From a candidate division FCPU426 bacterium (GTDB taxonomy: Bacteria; Oederibacteriota; Muellerivitia; Muellerivitales; Muellerivitaceae): DNA of 64,000 nt. The notes beneath the pieces are model-generated. The model did no database searches and was not told where the DNA came from. It saw only the letters and a list, made by a program, of their open reading frames with translations. This document shows, one piece after another, positions 29,526 through 40,794 of this stretch. The translations under genes and the position numbers were made by a program. Location of the stretch: the NCBI GenBank assembly GCA_963771075.1, contig CAVYSE010000001.1:121367-185366 (forward strand), written 5' to 3'. The first letter of the stretch is position 1, and every line of letters begins with the position of its first letter.

Positions 29526-32405
29526 ATGAAACGAGACGTGATCACTGTCCGGGGGGCCAGGGAGCATAACCTTAAAAACATCAGCGTGGAGATGCCTCGG
29601 GATCGTTTGGTCGTTCTGACCGGCGTATCCGGGTCAGGAAAATCTTCCCTGGCTTTTGATACGCTTTTTGCAGAAGGCCAGCGCCGTTATGTTGAATCCT
29701 TATCGGCTTACGCGCGACAGTTCCTGGGTTTGATGGAAAAACCGGATGTGGACATGATCGAGGGTCTTTCCCCGGCCGTGGCGATCCAACAAAAAGCGGG
29801 GAGCAAGAATCCGCGTTCGACGGTGGCAACCACCACTGAAATTTTTGATTACCTCAGGCTTCTTTTCGCCCGTATCGGAGTACCCCATTGCCCACAATGC
29901 GGAAGATCCATCAGCCGTCAAACGGTCCAGCAGATCGTCGACCAGGTCATGTCCTTCCGGGCGGGAACCAAGTTGCATCTATTGGCTCCACTCATCTCGA
30001 GCAGGAAAGGCGAGTATAAAAAAATATTCGACCAGGTACGCAAGGATGGGTTTGTCCGAATTCGGGTGGACGGTGTCATCCGGGATTTGGAGGAGGAAAT
30101 CCCGCTCGAGAAAAACAAAAAACACGATATCGAAGTCGTCATCGACCGTTTGGTGCTGAAAACGGAAATCAAAAAACGGCTGGCGGATTCACTGGAAACG
30201 GCCCTGAAAATGGGGGAAGGGGTCGTGAAAATACTGGAAGGAACCGGCAAAGAGGAAAAAGAACACCTTTTTTCTGAGCGATACGCCTGTGTTCATTGCG
30301 GCCTCAGCGTGGAGGAACCCGCCCCTCGCAATTTTTCCTTTAATAACCCCCACGGCGCCTGCCCGGCCTGTACCGGCATGGGATATAAAATGGAAGCCGA
30401 TGAAGACCTCGTGTTGGACCCGGAGTTATCCATTTCGGAAGGGGCCGTCGAACCCTACAGCTCTCCCAAGGCCCTTTATTATCAAAACCTATTGGAAGGG
30501 GTTTGCCAGCATTTTAAAGTTTCCCAAGACACCCCCTTTAAAAAGCTCCCTTCCCATATTCAAAAAGCCATACTTTTCGGTTGCGGAGAGGAAATCGAGT
30601 TCAGGATCCTAAAGGGGACTTACCGCCAAAAGTTTTCGGGGCCTTTTGAGGGGGTATTGCCCAACCTGGAACGACGCTACCATGAGACGGATTCGGAATC
30701 GATCCGGGAAGAAATCGAGAAATATTTGGTAAGCAAGGCCTGCCGGGCCTGCAAGGGAACCCGGTTAAAACCCGAAAGCCTGGCGGTGACCGTCCGGGAC
30801 AGGAATATTGTCGATCTTACCCGTTTTTCCGTCCGCCAATCGCTTGCTTTTTTCGATTCCCTGATCCTGGATCCGCGGGAAGGGGCCATCGCGGGGCAGA
30901 TCTTAAAAGAAATTCGCGGCAGGCTCGGCTTCTTAAAGAATGTCGGCCTGGATTATTTGACACTGGACCGTATGACCGCGTCACTGTCGGGGGGGGAAGC
31001 CCAGCGGATCCATTTGGCGACCCAAATTGGCAGTGCCCTGGTTGGGGTGCTTTACATCCTGGACGAACCCTCCATCGGGCTTCATCAAAGGGACAACGCC
31101 CGCCTCCTGGAAACGCTGACTCATTTGAGGGATATCGGCAACACGGTCATCGTGGTGGAACATGATGAAGACACGATCGAGGCCGCGGATTACATCATTG
31201 ACATGGGTGTGGGGGCGGGCGTGGAGGGGGGAGAAGTGGTCGGGGCGGGGCAATTAACCGAGATCCTGAAGAACCCCCGGTCCTTGACGGGGGCCTATTT
31301 ATCAGGACGCCGATCCATCGTGCCTAATTTGGATTTCTCGTTCGAGATCAAAAAACAGCTTTTATTAAAGGGGGCATCCAGGAACAATCTGCAAAACTTG
31401 ACCATCACCTTCCCCCTGGGAGTGTTTTTGGCGATCACGGGCGTTTCGGGTTCGGGGAAAAGCACGCTCATCATGGAGACGCTCTATCCCGCATTGATGC
31501 ACCGCCTTTATGGGCTCCGCAAGAAACCGGAGGGCTACGAGTCGCTGGAAGGCGTCGAGAACGTGGATAAAGTGATCGAAATTGACCAGTCTCCCATTGG
31601 CCGCACACCCCGCTCGAATCCCGCGACCTATACGGGTTTATTCACCCACGCGAGGGATCTTTTTGCCCGCCTTCCCGAATCCAGGGCGCGGGGTTACAAG
31701 GAAGGCCGCTTCAGCTTCAACGTCAAGGGAGGCCGGTGCGAAGCCTGTGAAGGGGACGGCGTCCTGAAAATCGAAATGCATTTTCTCCCGGATGTCTATG
31801 TCCCCTGCGAGGTGTGCAAGGGCAAACGCTACAACCGGGAAACCTTGGAAATTCAATACAAGGGCAAGAACATAGCGGAAGTGCTGCAAATGACCATTTT
31901 GGAAGCCCTGGAATTTTTTTCAGCCGTTCCGAAAATAAAAAAAATCCTTGAAACTTTGAGGGATGTGGGCTTGGGTTACATCCACTTGGGCCAGCCCGCC
32001 ACCACCCTCTCGGGTGGAGAGGCCCAGCGGGTGAAGTTGTCAACAGAGTTGGGAAAAAGGGCGACGGGCCGTACGCTCTATATCCTGGACGAACCCACTA
32101 CCGGGCTTCATTTCGCGGATGTCGACCACCTCATTCGGGTCCTTCGAAAACTCGTGGATGCCGGAAACACCGTCATCGTGATCGAACATAATTTGGATGT
32201 GATCAAGACCGCGGATCATATTATCGATCTCGGCCCGGAGGGAGGCGAGGATGGGGGCCGGGTTGTCGCTTCCGGAACGGTCCGCCAAGTGATGAACGAG
32301 CCCGAGTCCCATACCGGCAGATATCTGTCGGAAAAGGTCCGAAAGGACGAAAAACGGCTCCGAAACCCCGGAAAGGTCAGTGCGGAACGGGGAATTGCGC
32401 ATTGA
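29526..32405 (+). CDS. uvrA: Excinuclease ABC subunit A
   Basis: GAREHNLKN, two GVSGSGKS Walker A motifs, LSGGEAQR x2, and zinc fingers. Confidence 0.98.
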   Translation: MKRDVITVRGAREHNLKNISVEMPRDRLVVLTGVSGSGKSSLAFDTLFAEGQRRYVESLSAYARQFLGLMEKPDVDMIEGLSPAVAIQQKAGSKNPRSTVATTTEIFDYLRLLFARIGVPHCPQCGRSISRQTVQQIVDQVMSFRAGTKLHLLAPLISSRKGEYKKIFDQVRKDGFVRIRVDGVIRDLEEEIPLEKNKKHDIEVVIDRLVLKTEIKKRLADSLETALKMGEGVVKILEGTGKEEKEHLFSERYACVHCGLSVEEPAPRNFSFNNPHGACPACTGMGYKMEADEDLVLDPELSISEGAVEPYSSPKALYYQNLLEGVCQHFKVSQDTPFKKLPSHIQKAILFGCGEEIEFRILKGTYRQKFSGPFEGVLPNLERRYHETDSESIREEIEKYLVSKACRACKGTRLKPESLAVTVRDRNIVDLTRFSVRQSLAFFDSLILDPREGAIAGQILKEIRGRLGFLKNVGLDYLTLDRMTASLSGGEAQRIHLATQIGSALVGVLYILDEPSIGLHQRDNARLLETLTHLRDIGNTVIVVEHDEDTIEAADYIIDMGVGAGVEGGEVVGAGQLTEILKNPRSLTGAYLSGRRSIVPNLDFSFEIKKQLLLKGASRNNLQNLTITFPLGVFLAITGVSGSGKSTLIMETLYPALMHRLYGLRKKPEGYESLEGVENVDKVIEIDQSPIGRTPRSNPATYTGLFTHARDLFARLPESRARGYKEGRFSFNVKGGRCEACEGDGVLKIEMHFLPDVYVPCEVCKGKRYNRETLEIQYKGKNIAEVLQMTILEALEFFSAVPKIKKILETLRDVGLGYIHLGQPATTLSGGEAQRVKLSTELGKRATGRTLYILDEPTTGLHFADVDHLIRVLRKLVDAGNTVIVIEHNLDVIKTADHIIDLGPEGGEDGGRVVASGTVRQVMNEPESHTGRYLSEKVRKDEKRLRNPGKVSAERGIAH

Positions 32406-32431
32406 CGGGAATTTCCGTAAAAGGATATAAT
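32402..32431 (+). promoter_or_regulatory. Sigma70 promoter overlapping the uvrA stop codon
   Basis: TTGACG-18 bp-TATAAT. Confidence 0.7.
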
Positions 32432-32441
32432 TTTTTATTAA

Positions 32442-33452
32442 ATGAAGGAGTTCACATTCTTGAAAAGAAACATCGGCTTTTCCCCTTATTGCTTCTTCCT
32501 GTTATTTTTAGGGTTTTCTCGTTTAGCTTTGGCTCAAGGCGGGCCGGGAACGACCGGGGCGGTTGAATTAAAGATCCCAGTGGGCCCTAGGGCGATCGCC
32601 ATGGGAGAGGCCTTTGTAGCGGTTGCCAATGACGCGAACGCCATCTACTGGAATCCCGCAGGCCTGATGCAATTGGGGGGGACCCACTTTACGGCTGAGT
32701 ACGATCTTTTCATTGAAACGGTGCAATACAGTTACCTGGCCCTGGGAACTAAATTGGGCAATGACAGCGCTTTTGGCATTGCAGCTAAAATCCTGGGAAC
32801 GGGAAGTGATCCGGCCTTTGGACCGCTTCCGAGCAGCTGGCTCCCGGGAGAACCTCTTCCACCTCCAATTGCGGGCGAATCGGTTGGAGAAAACTATTTT
32901 GATGTGGATTTGGCAGGGGCGATGCGCCTGAGCTATTACTTCGATATGGGTTTGGTGGTGAAATACATTTCAAAAAATCTCGCATCGGTGAGCAGCGCCT
33001 CCGATATCGCGTTTGATATTGGGTTGATGTATCGAACCCCGATCCCCCACTTGACGGCCGGTATGGATCTTCAAAATTTGAGTTTAAGTGGCATGAAATT
33101 CGATGTTTCCTCGGATCCCCTTCCGATCAATTTGAAGTTAGGGCTTGCCTACCGTCTTTTCGACGATAATTTTACGACCGCCCTTGACATGAATATTCCG
33201 AATGATAACGCCATTATGGTGAACCTGGGCGGGGAGTATTGGTATCAAGACACCCTGGCGGGTCGTTTCGGTTATGAATTCCAGGGGACGATCGATCAGA
33301 ATGAAGTGGGAATCGGCGGTTTAGCGGGTATGTTTTTGGGTGCTGGCGTAAAGATTCCGGCTTTCAAGAACTACGTGGGCTTAGATTACGCCTGGACCAA
33401 TCAAGGGATTTTGGGTGCCAACCACCATTTCGCCTTAAACTTTTATTTCTAA
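32442..33452 (+). CDS. PorV/PorQ (UPF0164)-family outer-membrane beta-barrel
   Basis: GPRAIAMGEAFVAVANDANAIYWNPAGL, GGEYWY, LDYAW, and terminal Phe. An alternative TTG start lies at 32460. Confidence 0.88.
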   Translation: MKEFTFLKRNIGFSPYCFFLLFLGFSRLALAQGGPGTTGAVELKIPVGPRAIAMGEAFVAVANDANAIYWNPAGLMQLGGTHFTAEYDLFIETVQYSYLALGTKLGNDSAFGIAAKILGTGSDPAFGPLPSSWLPGEPLPPPIAGESVGENYFDVDLAGAMRLSYYFDMGLVVKYISKNLASVSSASDIAFDIGLMYRTPIPHLTAGMDLQNLSLSGMKFDVSSDPLPINLKLGLAYRLFDDNFTTALDMNIPNDNAIMVNLGGEYWYQDTLAGRFGYEFQGTIDQNEVGIGGLAGMFLGAGVKIPAFKNYVGLDYAWTNQGILGANHHFALNFYF

Positions 33453-33473
33453 GCTTGACCCCCAGCTTCCGAA

Positions 33474-33509
33474 ACGCAGTTTTAACACTAAAATTGCGTA
33501 ACTTTTTTT
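33474..33509 (+). terminator. Possible terminator
   Basis: ACGCAGTTTT...AAAATTGCGT stem followed by a T7 tract. Confidence 0.5.
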
Positions 33510-33639
33510 GCTCCCCCATCGGGTCCAGGCCCATCGGCGTCCTTTAGATCCGAAGGAAGAAATTTAAACCATACGGATAGATCGTTAATTTTCCCTACCT
33601 GGTTTATCATGGAAGGGCGGCCGTGGTGAAAGGCCTTCC

Positions 33640-33667
33640 TTGACAGTGGTTGTTCGTTTGTTAAAAT
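33640..33667 (+). promoter_or_regulatory. Sigma70 promoter with extended -10
   Basis: TTGACA-16 bp-TAAAAT, with TGn immediately before the -10. Confidence 0.65.
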
Positions 33668-33703
33668 TCCAACGATTTAGCCGACAAAGAAAAGGCGGAT
33701 CCC

Positions 33704-34360
33704 ATGAGTACTGAACAGGAAATCTTTGAGCGTTGTGGACGTTCCTATAACCCCGGCGATATTATTTTTCGGGAGGGGGATGTCGGCAATGAGATGTTCA
33801 TCATTCAATCCGGCAAGGTCAAGATTACGAAACAGTTGAAGGATGGCGTGGAGAAAACACTGGTCATCCTGGGAGCGGGCGATTTTTTTGGCGAAATGGC
33901 GGTCATTGACAAGGATGTCCGCTCCGCAAACGCCATCTCGCTGGAAGCATCCCGCCTCATCGCGCTCGATGAGGAAGTCTTTGAAATGCACATGCAGACC
34001 AACCCGAAGATCGTCAAAAAGATCCTCAAAAACCTGACCTCGCGTCTGCGTGAGGCGAATCAACAGATCGCCAACTTGATGATCAAGGACGCCAACCGGC
34101 TCGTGGCGAATACCATCCTGCTGGTGGTCCACAAACACGGGGAGGAAGGTCCCGGCGGGATTTCCTTGAACATCAACTTTACCGTTTCGGAATTAAGCAA
34201 AATGTGCGGCCTTGAACTGCCCAAAACCCGCGAGATCGTCGATCGATTGCAAAAGGCAAGGGTCATCACGATGAACGGGGAAGCTATTCAAGTAACCAGC
34301 TTGGCAAGTTTAGAGCAATTCATCAAATTCTTAGAGATGAAAGAACAATTCGGGGAATAG
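33704..34360 (+). CDS. Crp/Fnr family transcriptional regulator
   Basis: cNMP-binding domain (IFREGD, GDFFGEMA, RSANA) plus a C-terminal winged HTH. Confidence 0.9.
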   Translation: MSTEQEIFERCGRSYNPGDIIFREGDVGNEMFIIQSGKVKITKQLKDGVEKTLVILGAGDFFGEMAVIDKDVRSANAISLEASRLIALDEEVFEMHMQTNPKIVKKILKNLTSRLREANQQIANLMIKDANRLVANTILLVVHKHGEEGPGGISLNINFTVSELSKMCGLELPKTREIVDRLQKARVITMNGEAIQVTSLASLEQFIKFLEMKEQFGE

Positions 34361-34474
34361 GGTTTATCCTCCGTCCGTTCCCGCTTCCCATCCAGAAGTC
34401 TTGCATTAAGGTCCCTGCCAAGGTTTAATGCATTTCCGCCTGGCAGGCGGTTTATTCATTTCAAGCGAGAGCCT

Positions 34475-35449
34475 GTGGACCTTAAGCAATTAACCCATCC
34501 CATCCAAAAAGACCTGGATCGAGTCGAACAGGTCATCGCGCAATCCCTCCAGACCGACAATATTTTCATTCAACAAATGGTGGACTATCTCGCCCGGACC
34601 GCCGGCAAAAGGGCGCGGCCCGCATTGGCCATCCTATCGGCGCGGTACTGCGGCCAGGTTCGGGAAGAAACCTTGGTTTTGGGCGCGGCGCTCGAAATGA
34701 TTCATGTCGCGACCCTGGTCCACGATGACATCATCGATAATTCAGCTATCCGCCGCAAACAAAAGACGCTTAATTTTAAATGGGGAAACGAGATCTCGGT
34801 CCTCATGGGCGATTATGTCTTCGCGTCTTCCTTCTATTTGATGGCGAAACACCTTCCCAAAAACGTCCTGGGAACCCTGGCGGACACGACCAACACCATT
34901 TGTCGCGGGGAGATTTCCGAAACATTTCACCGTTTTAACGTGGGGCTGACCCAGGAGCAGTATTTCCAGGTGGTCCGTGAGAAAACCGCTTGTCTTCTGG
35001 CGGCAAGTTGCCAGACTTCCGCGATGCTATTGGGCGCTGAGAAAGAAACGGTCGACAGCCTTTACCGGTTTGGAATGGGCGTCGGGATGGCTTTTCAGAT
35101 CATCGATGACACTTTGGATTACGTCGGGAAGGCCTCCCGGGTGGGGAAACCTGTCATGAGCGACCTTCGGGAAGGCAAGCTGACCTTGCCGGTTTTGCAC
35201 TGCATCGCCCGCGCGAATTCGGTCGAGAAAAAGCGGTTGAAAGCGGGTATCCTCAAGAAAATCAAAACGCCCGCAGATTTGGCCTTTTTAGGGAAACTTC
35301 TTAAAAAATATGACGCTGTTTCCTATTCGGTGGGGGTCGCCCGGAAATTCGCGGAGGATGCTAAAACAGCCTTGGTGGGACTCAATGGCCGGGGGGATAA
35401 ATCGGAGCTGGTTCGTTTTGCGGATTTTCTCTTGGAAAGGGATTTCTGA
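34475..35449 (+). CDS. Polyprenyl diphosphate synthase (IspB/HepT-like)
   Basis: GKRARP, HVATLVHDDIID..IRR, KTA, AFQIIDDTLD, GKP..SDLREGK.TLP. Confidence 0.92.
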   Translation: MDLKQLTHPIQKDLDRVEQVIAQSLQTDNIFIQQMVDYLARTAGKRARPALAILSARYCGQVREETLVLGAALEMIHVATLVHDDIIDNSAIRRKQKTLNFKWGNEISVLMGDYVFASSFYLMAKHLPKNVLGTLADTTNTICRGEISETFHRFNVGLTQEQYFQVVREKTACLLAASCQTSAMLLGAEKETVDSLYRFGMGVGMAFQIIDDTLDYVGKASRVGKPVMSDLREGKLTLPVLHCIARANSVEKKRLKAGILKKIKTPADLAFLGKLLKKYDAVSYSVGVARKFAEDAKTALVGLNGRGDKSELVRFADFLLERDF

Positions 35450-35539
35450 TATTCGACAATCGTTAAGCTTGATATTTCACGAAGACGAATGTATAGAATA
35501 GTTTGTTTGTTAGCCAATTGACCGATCGGGGGAGCGGTA

Positions 35540-35920
35540 ATGCTTGAGCAATATGGAAGCGTTTTGGTTTTTCTTTTGGCGGGAATATTCTTCATTTTGA
35601 TGGCATTCATCACGGGCTGGGTCCTCAGCCCCAACGGCCTACTCGGTCTCCAATACAAGTACAAAAAAGACATCTTGGTCGATACCTATGAGTGCGGAGT
35701 GGAAACCTACGGCACTTCCTGGATCCGTTTCAACGTCAGTTTTTACCTCTACGCCCTCCTGTTCGTTATTTTCGACATTGAGACAGTTTTCCTCTATCCC
35801 TGGGCCATTTCCTTCCGCCGATTGGGAGTGATGGGGTTCGGTGAAATGATCCTTTTTATCGCCATCCTTTTGGTCGGTTTGGGTTATGCCTGGAAAAAGG
35901 AGGCCTTGAAATGGGATTAG
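35540..35920 (+). CDS. nuoA: NADH-quinone oxidoreductase subunit A
   Basis: [34 protein letters not shown]. Confidence 0.95.
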   Translation: MLEQYGSVLVFLLAGIFFILMAFITGWVLSPNGLLGLQYKYKKDILVDTYECGVETYGTSWIRFNVSFYLYALLFVIFDIETVFLYPWAISFRRLGVMGFGEMILFIAILLVGLGYAWKKEALKWD

Positions 35921-36453
35921 GCTTGAAAGGCGTTTCCCGTTCCGACATCCAGCTCATGGAATCCGAAAGCACGGTCCCCGGGCTTTGGACGCTGGAAAAG
36001 GCGACAAGTTTCATCTTCAAATGGGCCCGAAAGAATTCCCTTTGGCCCCTCCAGTTTGGGACGGCCTGTTGCGCCATCGAGATGATGGCGACGGCCGGCG
36101 GCCGGTACGATCTGGCCCGCTTCGGCGCGGAAGTTTTCAGGCCCTCCCCCCGGCAGGCCGATCTTTTGATCGCGGCGGGGACCATCACGGAAAAAATGGG
36201 TTACGCGCTCAAGCGCCTTTATGAACAGATGCCCAAACCCAGTTGGGTGATTGCCATGGGAAGCTGCACCATCGCGGGCGGCCCCTATTACTATGATTCC
36301 TACACAGTGGTGAAGGGGATTGATTCCTTCATACCGGTGGATGTTTATGTTCCGGGATGCCCCCCCCGTCCCGAGTCTTTGCTTCACGGATTGATGGCCA
36401 TCCAGAAGAAAATCGACGATGAGCCGGTCTTTCGACGCCGCCGGGAAGCCTAA
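35911..36453 (+). CDS. nuoB: NADH-quinone oxidoreductase subunit B
   Basis: [28 protein letters not shown]. Confidence 0.95.
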   Translation: MGLGLKGVSRSDIQLMESESTVPGLWTLEKATSFIFKWARKNSLWPLQFGTACCAIEMMATAGGRYDLARFGAEVFRPSPRQADLLIAAGTITEKMGYALKRLYEQMPKPSWVIAMGSCTIAGGPYYYDSYTVVKGIDSFIPVDVYVPGCPPRPESLLHGLMAIQKKIDDEPVFRRRREA

Positions 36454-36492
36454 GGGTTCTTGAATTTTTACGATCGCTAAGGATTATTTCTT

Positions 36493-36968
36493 ATGACGAA
36501 TGATGAGCTCAAAACCAAGATCGAGACCCAATTCAAGGATTCCGCTCAATCGGTGGCACTCTCCACGCAAGGGGAAGTGATTTTGACGGTCAAGTCCGGA
36601 AACCTACCTCGCCGTCGCCCAAGCCCTGAAGGAAAATGGGGAATTCGCCTTTGACCACCTGTCGAGCCTCACCGCGGTCGATTATCCAAAAGAGAATAAG
36701 ATCACGGTGGTTTCCCATCTTTGGTCTTACACGAAAAAGCACCAGATTGACCCTGAAGTTGGACGTTCCACGCGCGACCCCCCTGGCCCCCACCCTCGAA
36801 AACGTCTGGAAAAGCGCCAATTGGTTCGAGAGGGAAGTATTCGACCTCTATGGGGTGGTCTTCGAGAATCATACGGACCTGCGACGGATCATGATGCCGG
36901 ACGATTACCTGAAGTACCCATTACGGAAGGATTTCTCCGATGACGGATTTATTGTTAAGCCGAATTAA
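36493..36968 (+). CDS. nuoC: NADH-quinone oxidoreductase subunit C (two apparent +1 frameshifts, ~36597 and ~36748)
   Basis: The reconstructed protein reads MTNDELK...FDHLSSLTAVDYP...LKLDVPR...ANWFEREVFDLYGV.F..H.DLRRIMM...YPLRKDF. Confidence 0.85.
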
Positions 36969-38082
36969 AGGGGACGTTTCCTCCTCCGGCACGGACGAGT
37001 ATGTCGTCAACATGGGGCCCCAGCACCCGGCCACCCACGGCGTTTTGCGGCTGATCGTCAAGCTCGACGGCGAAACGGTCAAGCAAACTACCCCGGTTCT
37101 CGGCTACCTGCACCGTTCCATCGAAAAAATATGCGAGAACCGCACCTATCCCCAATGCATCACGTACACGGACCGGGTCGATTATGTCTCGGCCATGACG
37201 GTCAACCTGGCCTTCGCTGTCGCCGCGGAAAAACTCATGGGGATCCAGCCCCCTCCCCGGGCCCAGTGGCTTCGGATGATTTTCTGCGAGCTCCAGCGCA
37301 TCGCCAGCCATCTGCTCTGGTTCGGCGCCTTTGCCGGGGATATCGGCGCCCTGACGCCCTTTTTGTACGGTTTAAGGGAAAGGGAACGCATCCTCGATCT
37401 TTTCGAAATGACCTGCGGCCAGCGCCTGACCTATAACTACATCCGCATCGGCGGCGTCATGATCGACATCCTTCCCGAATTCGAGGCGAAGTGCCGGGCC
37501 TTCCTCGACTATTTCGAGCCCAAGATCGATGAGTACGAGGATCTTTTGACTTACAATCCCATCTTCCTGGAACGCACCCGGGGCGTGGGCATCGTCACTC
37601 CCGGGATCGGGATCAATTGCGGGTTTTGCGGCCCTTCCCTTCGGGGGTCGGGGGTCTCCTGCGACGTGCGCAAACAACAGCCCTACCTGTTCTATGACCA
37701 GGTGAAGTTTAACGAGTGCCTGGAGTCGGCGGGGGATTGCTGGAGCCGCTACAAGGTCCGAATAAACGAGCTGCGGGAATGCGTTTCCATCATCCGCCAG
37801 TGCCTGGAGAGGCTGGAGCCCGGCCCCTTCGAGGCCAAGATGCCGCCGATCCTCAAGGCGCCCCCGGCCAGCGAGGCTTACGTGCGCACCGAATCCGCCC
37901 GGGGAGAGATGGGGGTCTACTTGGTGGGGGACGGAACCCCCAAACCCTGGAAAGCGAAATTCCGTTGCGCCTCCTTTAGCAACCTGTATCTTCTCGACCA
38001 GTTGACGAGGGGCTGGAAAGTGGCCGATATCATGGCGGTGCTCGGAAGCTTCGACCTGATCGTGCCGGAAGTGGACCGCTAG
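36940..38082 (+). CDS. nuoD: NADH-quinone oxidoreductase subunit D
   Basis: NMGPQHPATHGVLRL, GYLHRSIEK, DRVDY, C-terminal EVDR. No NiFe-binding CxxC pairs. Confidence 0.95.
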   Translation: MTDLLLSRIKGDVSSSGTDEYVVNMGPQHPATHGVLRLIVKLDGETVKQTTPVLGYLHRSIEKICENRTYPQCITYTDRVDYVSAMTVNLAFAVAAEKLMGIQPPPRAQWLRMIFCELQRIASHLLWFGAFAGDIGALTPFLYGLRERERILDLFEMTCGQRLTYNYIRIGGVMIDILPEFEAKCRAFLDYFEPKIDEYEDLLTYNPIFLERTRGVGIVTPGIGINCGFCGPSLRGSGVSCDVRKQQPYLFYDQVKFNECLESAGDCWSRYKVRINELRECVSIIRQCLERLEPGPFEAKMPPILKAPPASEAYVRTESARGEMGVYLVGDGTPKPWKAKFRCASFSNLYLLDQLTRGWKVADIMAVLGSFDLIVPEVDR

Positions 38083-38105
38083 ACCTTGAAAGGAACGGCC
38101 AAACG

Positions 38106-39164
38106 ATGAATTTGTTCTCCAACCTGATCGCCCGGATCGAGGACATCCTCCATTGGGTTTACATCTACCTGGGGGTGGCCCCCCTGCAGGGCATTCTAGA
38201 CAATGGGGTGATCGTGGTGGCCATGTTCGGCGCCACTGCCGTTTTCGTCATGTTCCTGGTCTGGATGGAACGCAAGGTTTCCGCCCGCATGCAAAGCCGC
38301 ATCGGACCCAACCGGGTGGGCCCGCTGGGTCTGCTTCAAACGCTCGCCGATGCGATCAAGTTGACGGCCAAGGAGGATGTCAAACCCGTGAACCGGGACA
38401 AGGTCCCCTATTTCATCGCCCCCATCGTGGCCTTCGTGGCGACGTTCATGGGCTTGGTGGTCATTCCCTTTGACAAGGGCGTGGTGGTCCAGGACCTGAA
38501 CGTGGGCCTCCTCTATATCGTCGCCATCACCAGCTTCACCGTCATCGCCATCCTGACTGCGGGGTGGAGCTCCAACAACCGGTTCGCCCTCCTGGGGGGG
38601 TTCCGTTCCGCCGCCCAGATCGTCAGTTATGAGGTGCCCCTCGTCTTGTCGCTGGTTCCGGTCATCATGACGACGGGGACCTTAAGCTTGAACGCCATCG
38701 TCGTTTTCCAAAAAGCGCTCGGTTTTTGGTTCGTGGTGCCCCAGATCATCGCCTTCCTGGTTTTTGTCACCTCCGCCACCGCCGAGGCCAACCGGGCGCC
38801 CTTTGACATCCCGGAGGCCGAGTCGGAACTCATCGGGGGGTTCCACACCGAATATTCCGGCGTGAAGTTCGCCATGTTCTTTCTGGGCGAATACGTGGCG
38901 ATCGTGGTTTCCTCCGCGGTCGCGGTCACGGTTTTTCTGGGGGGCTGGCTCCCGTTCCCCTATCTTTCCTCTTGGCCCGTGCCGGGTTTCGTGTGGTTCA
39001 TGTTGAAATTGGTCCTGATGATCTTCCTGATCATGTCCTTCCGTTGGACCTTCCCGCGTTTGAGGGTCGACCAGCTGATGGATTTCGGCTGGAAGGTCCT
39101 GATCCCCGTCGCGATCCTCAATATATTGTTGACCGGTTTTTTCCTGCTGGCGAAGGGGGCTTGA
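38106..39164 (+). CDS. nuoH: NADH-quinone oxidoreductase subunit H
   Basis: ERKV.A.MQ.R.GPNRVGP.GLLQ..AD..K, NRAPFDIPEAESEL, PRLR.DQLM. Confidence 0.96.
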   Translation: MNLFSNLIARIEDILHWVYIYLGVAPLQGILDNGVIVVAMFGATAVFVMFLVWMERKVSARMQSRIGPNRVGPLGLLQTLADAIKLTAKEDVKPVNRDKVPYFIAPIVAFVATFMGLVVIPFDKGVVVQDLNVGLLYIVAITSFTVIAILTAGWSSNNRFALLGGFRSAAQIVSYEVPLVLSLVPVIMTTGTLSLNAIVVFQKALGFWFVVPQIIAFLVFVTSATAEANRAPFDIPEAESELIGGFHTEYSGVKFAMFFLGEYVAIVVSSAVAVTVFLGGWLPFPYLSSWPVPGFVWFMLKLVLMIFLIMSFRWTFPRLRVDQLMDFGWKVLIPVAILNILLTGFFLLAKGA

Positions 39165-39165
39165 G

Positions 39166-39687
39166 ATGGGGATTCTTCAATACTTCTGGGGCATCCTGAC
39201 CGGCCTGTGGAACCTGCTGGTGGGCTTGTCGGTGACCATCCGCTATTTTTTCAAGCCCGCCACGACCGTCCAATATCCCGAGGAAAAACCGCCCCTTCCG
39301 GCCCGGTCCCGTAGCATGATCAAATTGATCTATGACGGCGAGAAGGACCAGTTCAACTGCGTGGCCTGCATGATGTGCGCCAAGGCCTGCCCCAACAACT
39401 GCATCAAGTTGGAAGGCGTCCGCATGCCGGACGGCAAACGGCGCATGACCACCTTCAAGCTTGATTTCTCCACCTGTATCTTCTGCGGCTATTGCGTGGA
39501 GGCTTGCGGGTTCGACGCCCTTACCTTCGTATCCGAGGAATATGAAAACACCGTTTACCGGCGCGGGTCCCTCCTGCAGGATGAGCAGGCCATGAAATGG
39601 GTCCGCCCTCCTCACTTAGCCCCTCAACCGGCCGAGGCGACCCCGGTGGCCGCGGCCGCGCCCGCAACCCCAGGAGTCCCGACATGA
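39166..39687 (+). CDS. nuoI: NADH-quinone oxidoreductase subunit I
   Basis: T.QYPEE, CVACMMCAKACP and CIFCGYCVEAC 4Fe-4S motifs. Confidence 0.93.
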   Translation: MGILQYFWGILTGLWNLLVGLSVTIRYFFKPATTVQYPEEKPPLPARSRSMIKLIYDGEKDQFNCVACMMCAKACPNNCIKLEGVRMPDGKRRMTTFKLDFSTCIFCGYCVEACGFDALTFVSEEYENTVYRRGSLLQDEQAMKWVRPPHLAPQPAEATPVAAAAPATPGVPT

Positions 39688-39766
39688 GACCTTCTCCATG
39701 CCCTGTATTGGAAATTTCGATACACCGCCGGGATCCATCTTTTATTTTGATTAAAGGATGTTTCGC

Positions 39767-40294
39767 ATGACCTCGATTGTTTTTTACTCGATCGCCGGAA
39801 TGGTCGTTGGTTCGGCCCTCCTGGTGGTATCCCTGAAAAATTTATTCCATTGCGCCCTGTTCCTGGCGCTGGCCATGTTCGGGATCTCCGGCATCTTCCT
39901 TTTCCTGGGTTCCGAGTTCCTGGCCGCGGTGCAGGTGCTCATCTATGTGGGGGCGGTCACCATCCTGGTCATCTTCGGCATCATGTTGACCCGTAACGTG
40001 ATGGACGAGAAAACGCCCGCGCGGAACAACCAAGGCTTCCTGGCCTTTTTGGTGGGCGCGGCCTTCTTCCTGATCACCACCTTCGCCCTGGCGCAGTCCC
40101 TTTTCCAATGGACCAATCCCATTCCGCCGGCTCCGGGAACCGCGGCTACGGCTTACATGAACGACGTGGCCGCCCTGGGCCCGGCCTTGATCCTGCCCTC
40201 CAATGGTTTCGCCTTTGCGTTCGAGTTCGTTTCGATCCTTTTGTTATCCGCCCTGGTGGGCGCCATTGTGATCGCCCGGAAGGACCCCTCATGA
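39767..40294 (+). CDS. nuoJ: NADH-quinone oxidoreductase subunit J
   Basis: FLAAVQVLIYVGAV.IL..F.IML, FE..SILLL.ALVGAIVIA. An alternative start lies at 39758. Confidence 0.92.
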   Translation: MTSIVFYSIAGMVVGSALLVVSLKNLFHCALFLALAMFGISGIFLFLGSEFLAAVQVLIYVGAVTILVIFGIMLTRNVMDEKTPARNNQGFLAFLVGAAFFLITTFALAQSLFQWTNPIPPAPGTAATAYMNDVAALGPALILPSNGFAFAFEFVSILLLSALVGAIVIARKDPS

Positions 40295-40376
40295 GCCGAA
40301 TCACGCGTCAAAAAAATAGATTGGAATCGGCTCTCTGCCGCCCCCCTTGTTATTTCCATTTAAATGGAGGGTTGGT

Positions 40377-40691
40377 ATGACCACCATCCCGGTCGTCCAT
40401 TTCCTTTACCTGGCCGCCATCCTTTTTTCCATCGGCCTTTTCGGCGTGCTGACCCGCAAGAACGCCCTGTCGGTCCTGATGGGCATCGAGCTCATGCTCA
40501 ACGCCGTGAACATCAATTTCCTGGCCTTTGGCAAATTCTGGGGCCACGCCTCCTTGCCCGGCCAGGTTTTCGTGGTTTTTGTCATCACCATCGCCGCGGC
40601 CGAGGCCGCGGTAGCCCTGGCCATCGTCATATCCATCTACCGCCAATGGCGAAGCGTGAATGTCGATGAGATCCATGAGCTCCGCGGTTAA
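40377..40691 (+). CDS. nuoK: NADH-quinone oxidoreductase subunit K
   Basis: IELMLNAVNIN, GQVF..FVI.IAAAEAAVALAI. GGAGG RBS. Confidence 0.95.
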   Translation: MTTIPVVHFLYLAAILFSIGLFGVLTRKNALSVLMGIELMLNAVNINFLAFGKFWGHASLPGQVFVVFVITIAAAEAAVALAIVISIYRQWRSVNVDEIHELRG

Positions 40692-40794
40692 GGAATAGGC
40701 ATATTACGGGGTAGTGGACGTCCGGGTTGAGAACGGGAGTTTGCTGCCGGGACGTCTTTTGTGCGTGTTCGGAACCCATTTTCGTGAGGTTGTC

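Noticed and set aside
35465..35500. Crp/Fnr box upstream of nuoA
   Set aside because: Only a TTGAT half-site is present, with no convincing symmetric partner.
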